A stretch of 64,000 nucleotides of DNA from Chiloscyllium plagiosum (lineage: Eukaryota). This document shows positions 62,750-64,000 of this stretch, piece after piece. The position numbers were made by a program, and so were the translations under genes. The DNA is taken from contig NC_057755.1 of the NCBI RefSeq assembly GCF_004010195.1, positions 10,139,989 through 10,203,988 on the forward strand, given 5' to 3'. The notes below the pieces were generated by a model. It made no database searches. It was not told the origin of the DNA and saw only the letters and a program-made list of their open reading frames with translations. Position 1 is the first letter of the stretch. Each line of letters begins with the position of its first letter.

Positions 62750-63040
62750 TTAGACAAAGTTGGAAGTCACACGACACCAAGTTATATTCCAACAGGTTCA
62801 TTTAAAATCACAAGCTTCTGGAGACTGCTCCTTCCTCCAGTAACATAGGGAGAGTGTACGGGCACAGAACATTTAGGCAGAGACACAATGGGAAGAATAT
62901 TCAACGTAATTTAGCGTGTCAACGGTTAATTGCAAATAGTGTGAGTGGGATATCAGCAGGCTGAGTAGCCAGTGTTTACAGTTAATCAAAGTGTCAGACG
63001 GGGTAAGTAAAGTGTCAACAGCTGAATATCAAATGAATGG
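62750..63040 (-). mobile_element. Old Penelope-like 3' fragment
   Basis: aagtcacacgacaccaagttata end; decayed hammerhead-like motif at ~62810-62840. Confidence 0.6.
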
Positions 63041-64000
63041 ATGACTTCTGACTTTATCCACCATAGTCCAAAACCAGCACCTCTGTATTTTTAGACCATG
63101 ATCCTTTCCTAATTCAAGAAACATCAACATTGCTTTCCCTCTGTCTGAACAAACAGTTTTCATTATTATTTTGAACCTTTTCAATTCAAGAATACGATGA
63201 GCTTGTGCTAGTTCACCCCTCATCACTGAATCCCTGCTATGCAGATATCATTCTGATGAATCCATACAGTACTGAAATTATCATGGACTGCGTATTCATC
63301 GCTCTTTCTTGCTTTTCCCTATTTACAAAGTCAATGTCAGTAATGTGATAACATGAAATGGCCCGGTGAACAAAACTAAATTGGCTGACTGACTGGCACT
63401 TGAGAAATTATTATCAGTCTTGCACATTAAAACACATCTCATGCTTTGTGCACTCTCATCTCTCACCCTCTTGCATATGAAATACAGCGAAATGTGACGT
63501 GATACACTTTGGATGTTAGACTGAGGAGGGCCAATACAAACGAAATGTGCAATGTTAAACCAGGTGCAGGAACAAACAACCTTCAGTTTCCGCCTAACAT
63601 CCTCCCAGCACTGCAAAGATGCACATGCATAAAAAGTTTTTTTATTTCACGCATTTCTACATTATACAAATATTCATTTTATTTGTAGAAGGAGTGTATG
63701 GAGAGGGCTGACAGAAAGAATATGTAAGTTTCAATTGATTAAGATGTGTCTTCCAGATTCTGTTGAAATCCAGGGGTAACTGTAGATGTGTTCTTCACAT
63801 TGACTAGTTCCTTCTGAGATGTTGTATTTGAGAGCAATGGCATTATAACTTTAACAAGTCCCTCTCTACGGTACTGAAAATCTTCATCTGATGGCATCTG
63901 ATGTGATTGGATGTTTACATCACCCTGCATCTCCCTCTAATAAAGTAAACTTGCTGAGACTTCTGGCATGTTTCTGAATTCCTCACCTCGGTTCTGATCT

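Noticed and set aside
63739..64000. Coding-like minus-strand ORF containing SHQMPS, possibly an upstream NLR exon
   Set aside because: In-frame TAG near 63938, no clear donor, and truncated by the window edge.

Overview
AT-rich, repeat-dense vertebrate DNA. HE1/V-type SINEs, HER1/CR1 LINEs and the gene families present point to a shark, probably a bamboo-shark relative (inference). Host genes: (1) an intact two-exon, minus-strand, 330-aa rhodopsin-class GPCR of the GPR139/GPR142-like type (exons 43662-43734 and 38092-39011); (2) an inverted, disabled paralogue (14822-15946) that lacks exon 1 and lies in an old ~4.5 kb inverted segmental duplication; (3) a minus-strand NLR (CARD-like + NACHT) locus with small phase-compatible exons at 62-51 kb and 9.1 kb and a heavily disabled NACHT exon at 1064-3059, so both GPCR copies may be nested in one ~42 kb NLR intron. 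The rest is mostly CR1 LINE fragments, Gmr1-order (integrase before RT) Gypsy remnants, SINEs and many Penelope-like pieces carrying minimal hammerhead-ribozyme motifs, including two ~200 bp fold-back insertions with 14-bp target-site duplications (TSDs). There is also a ~680 bp inverted duplication attached to a SINE and a 500-N gap that looks artefactual. All alignments are by eye; old-repeat boundaries are approximate.
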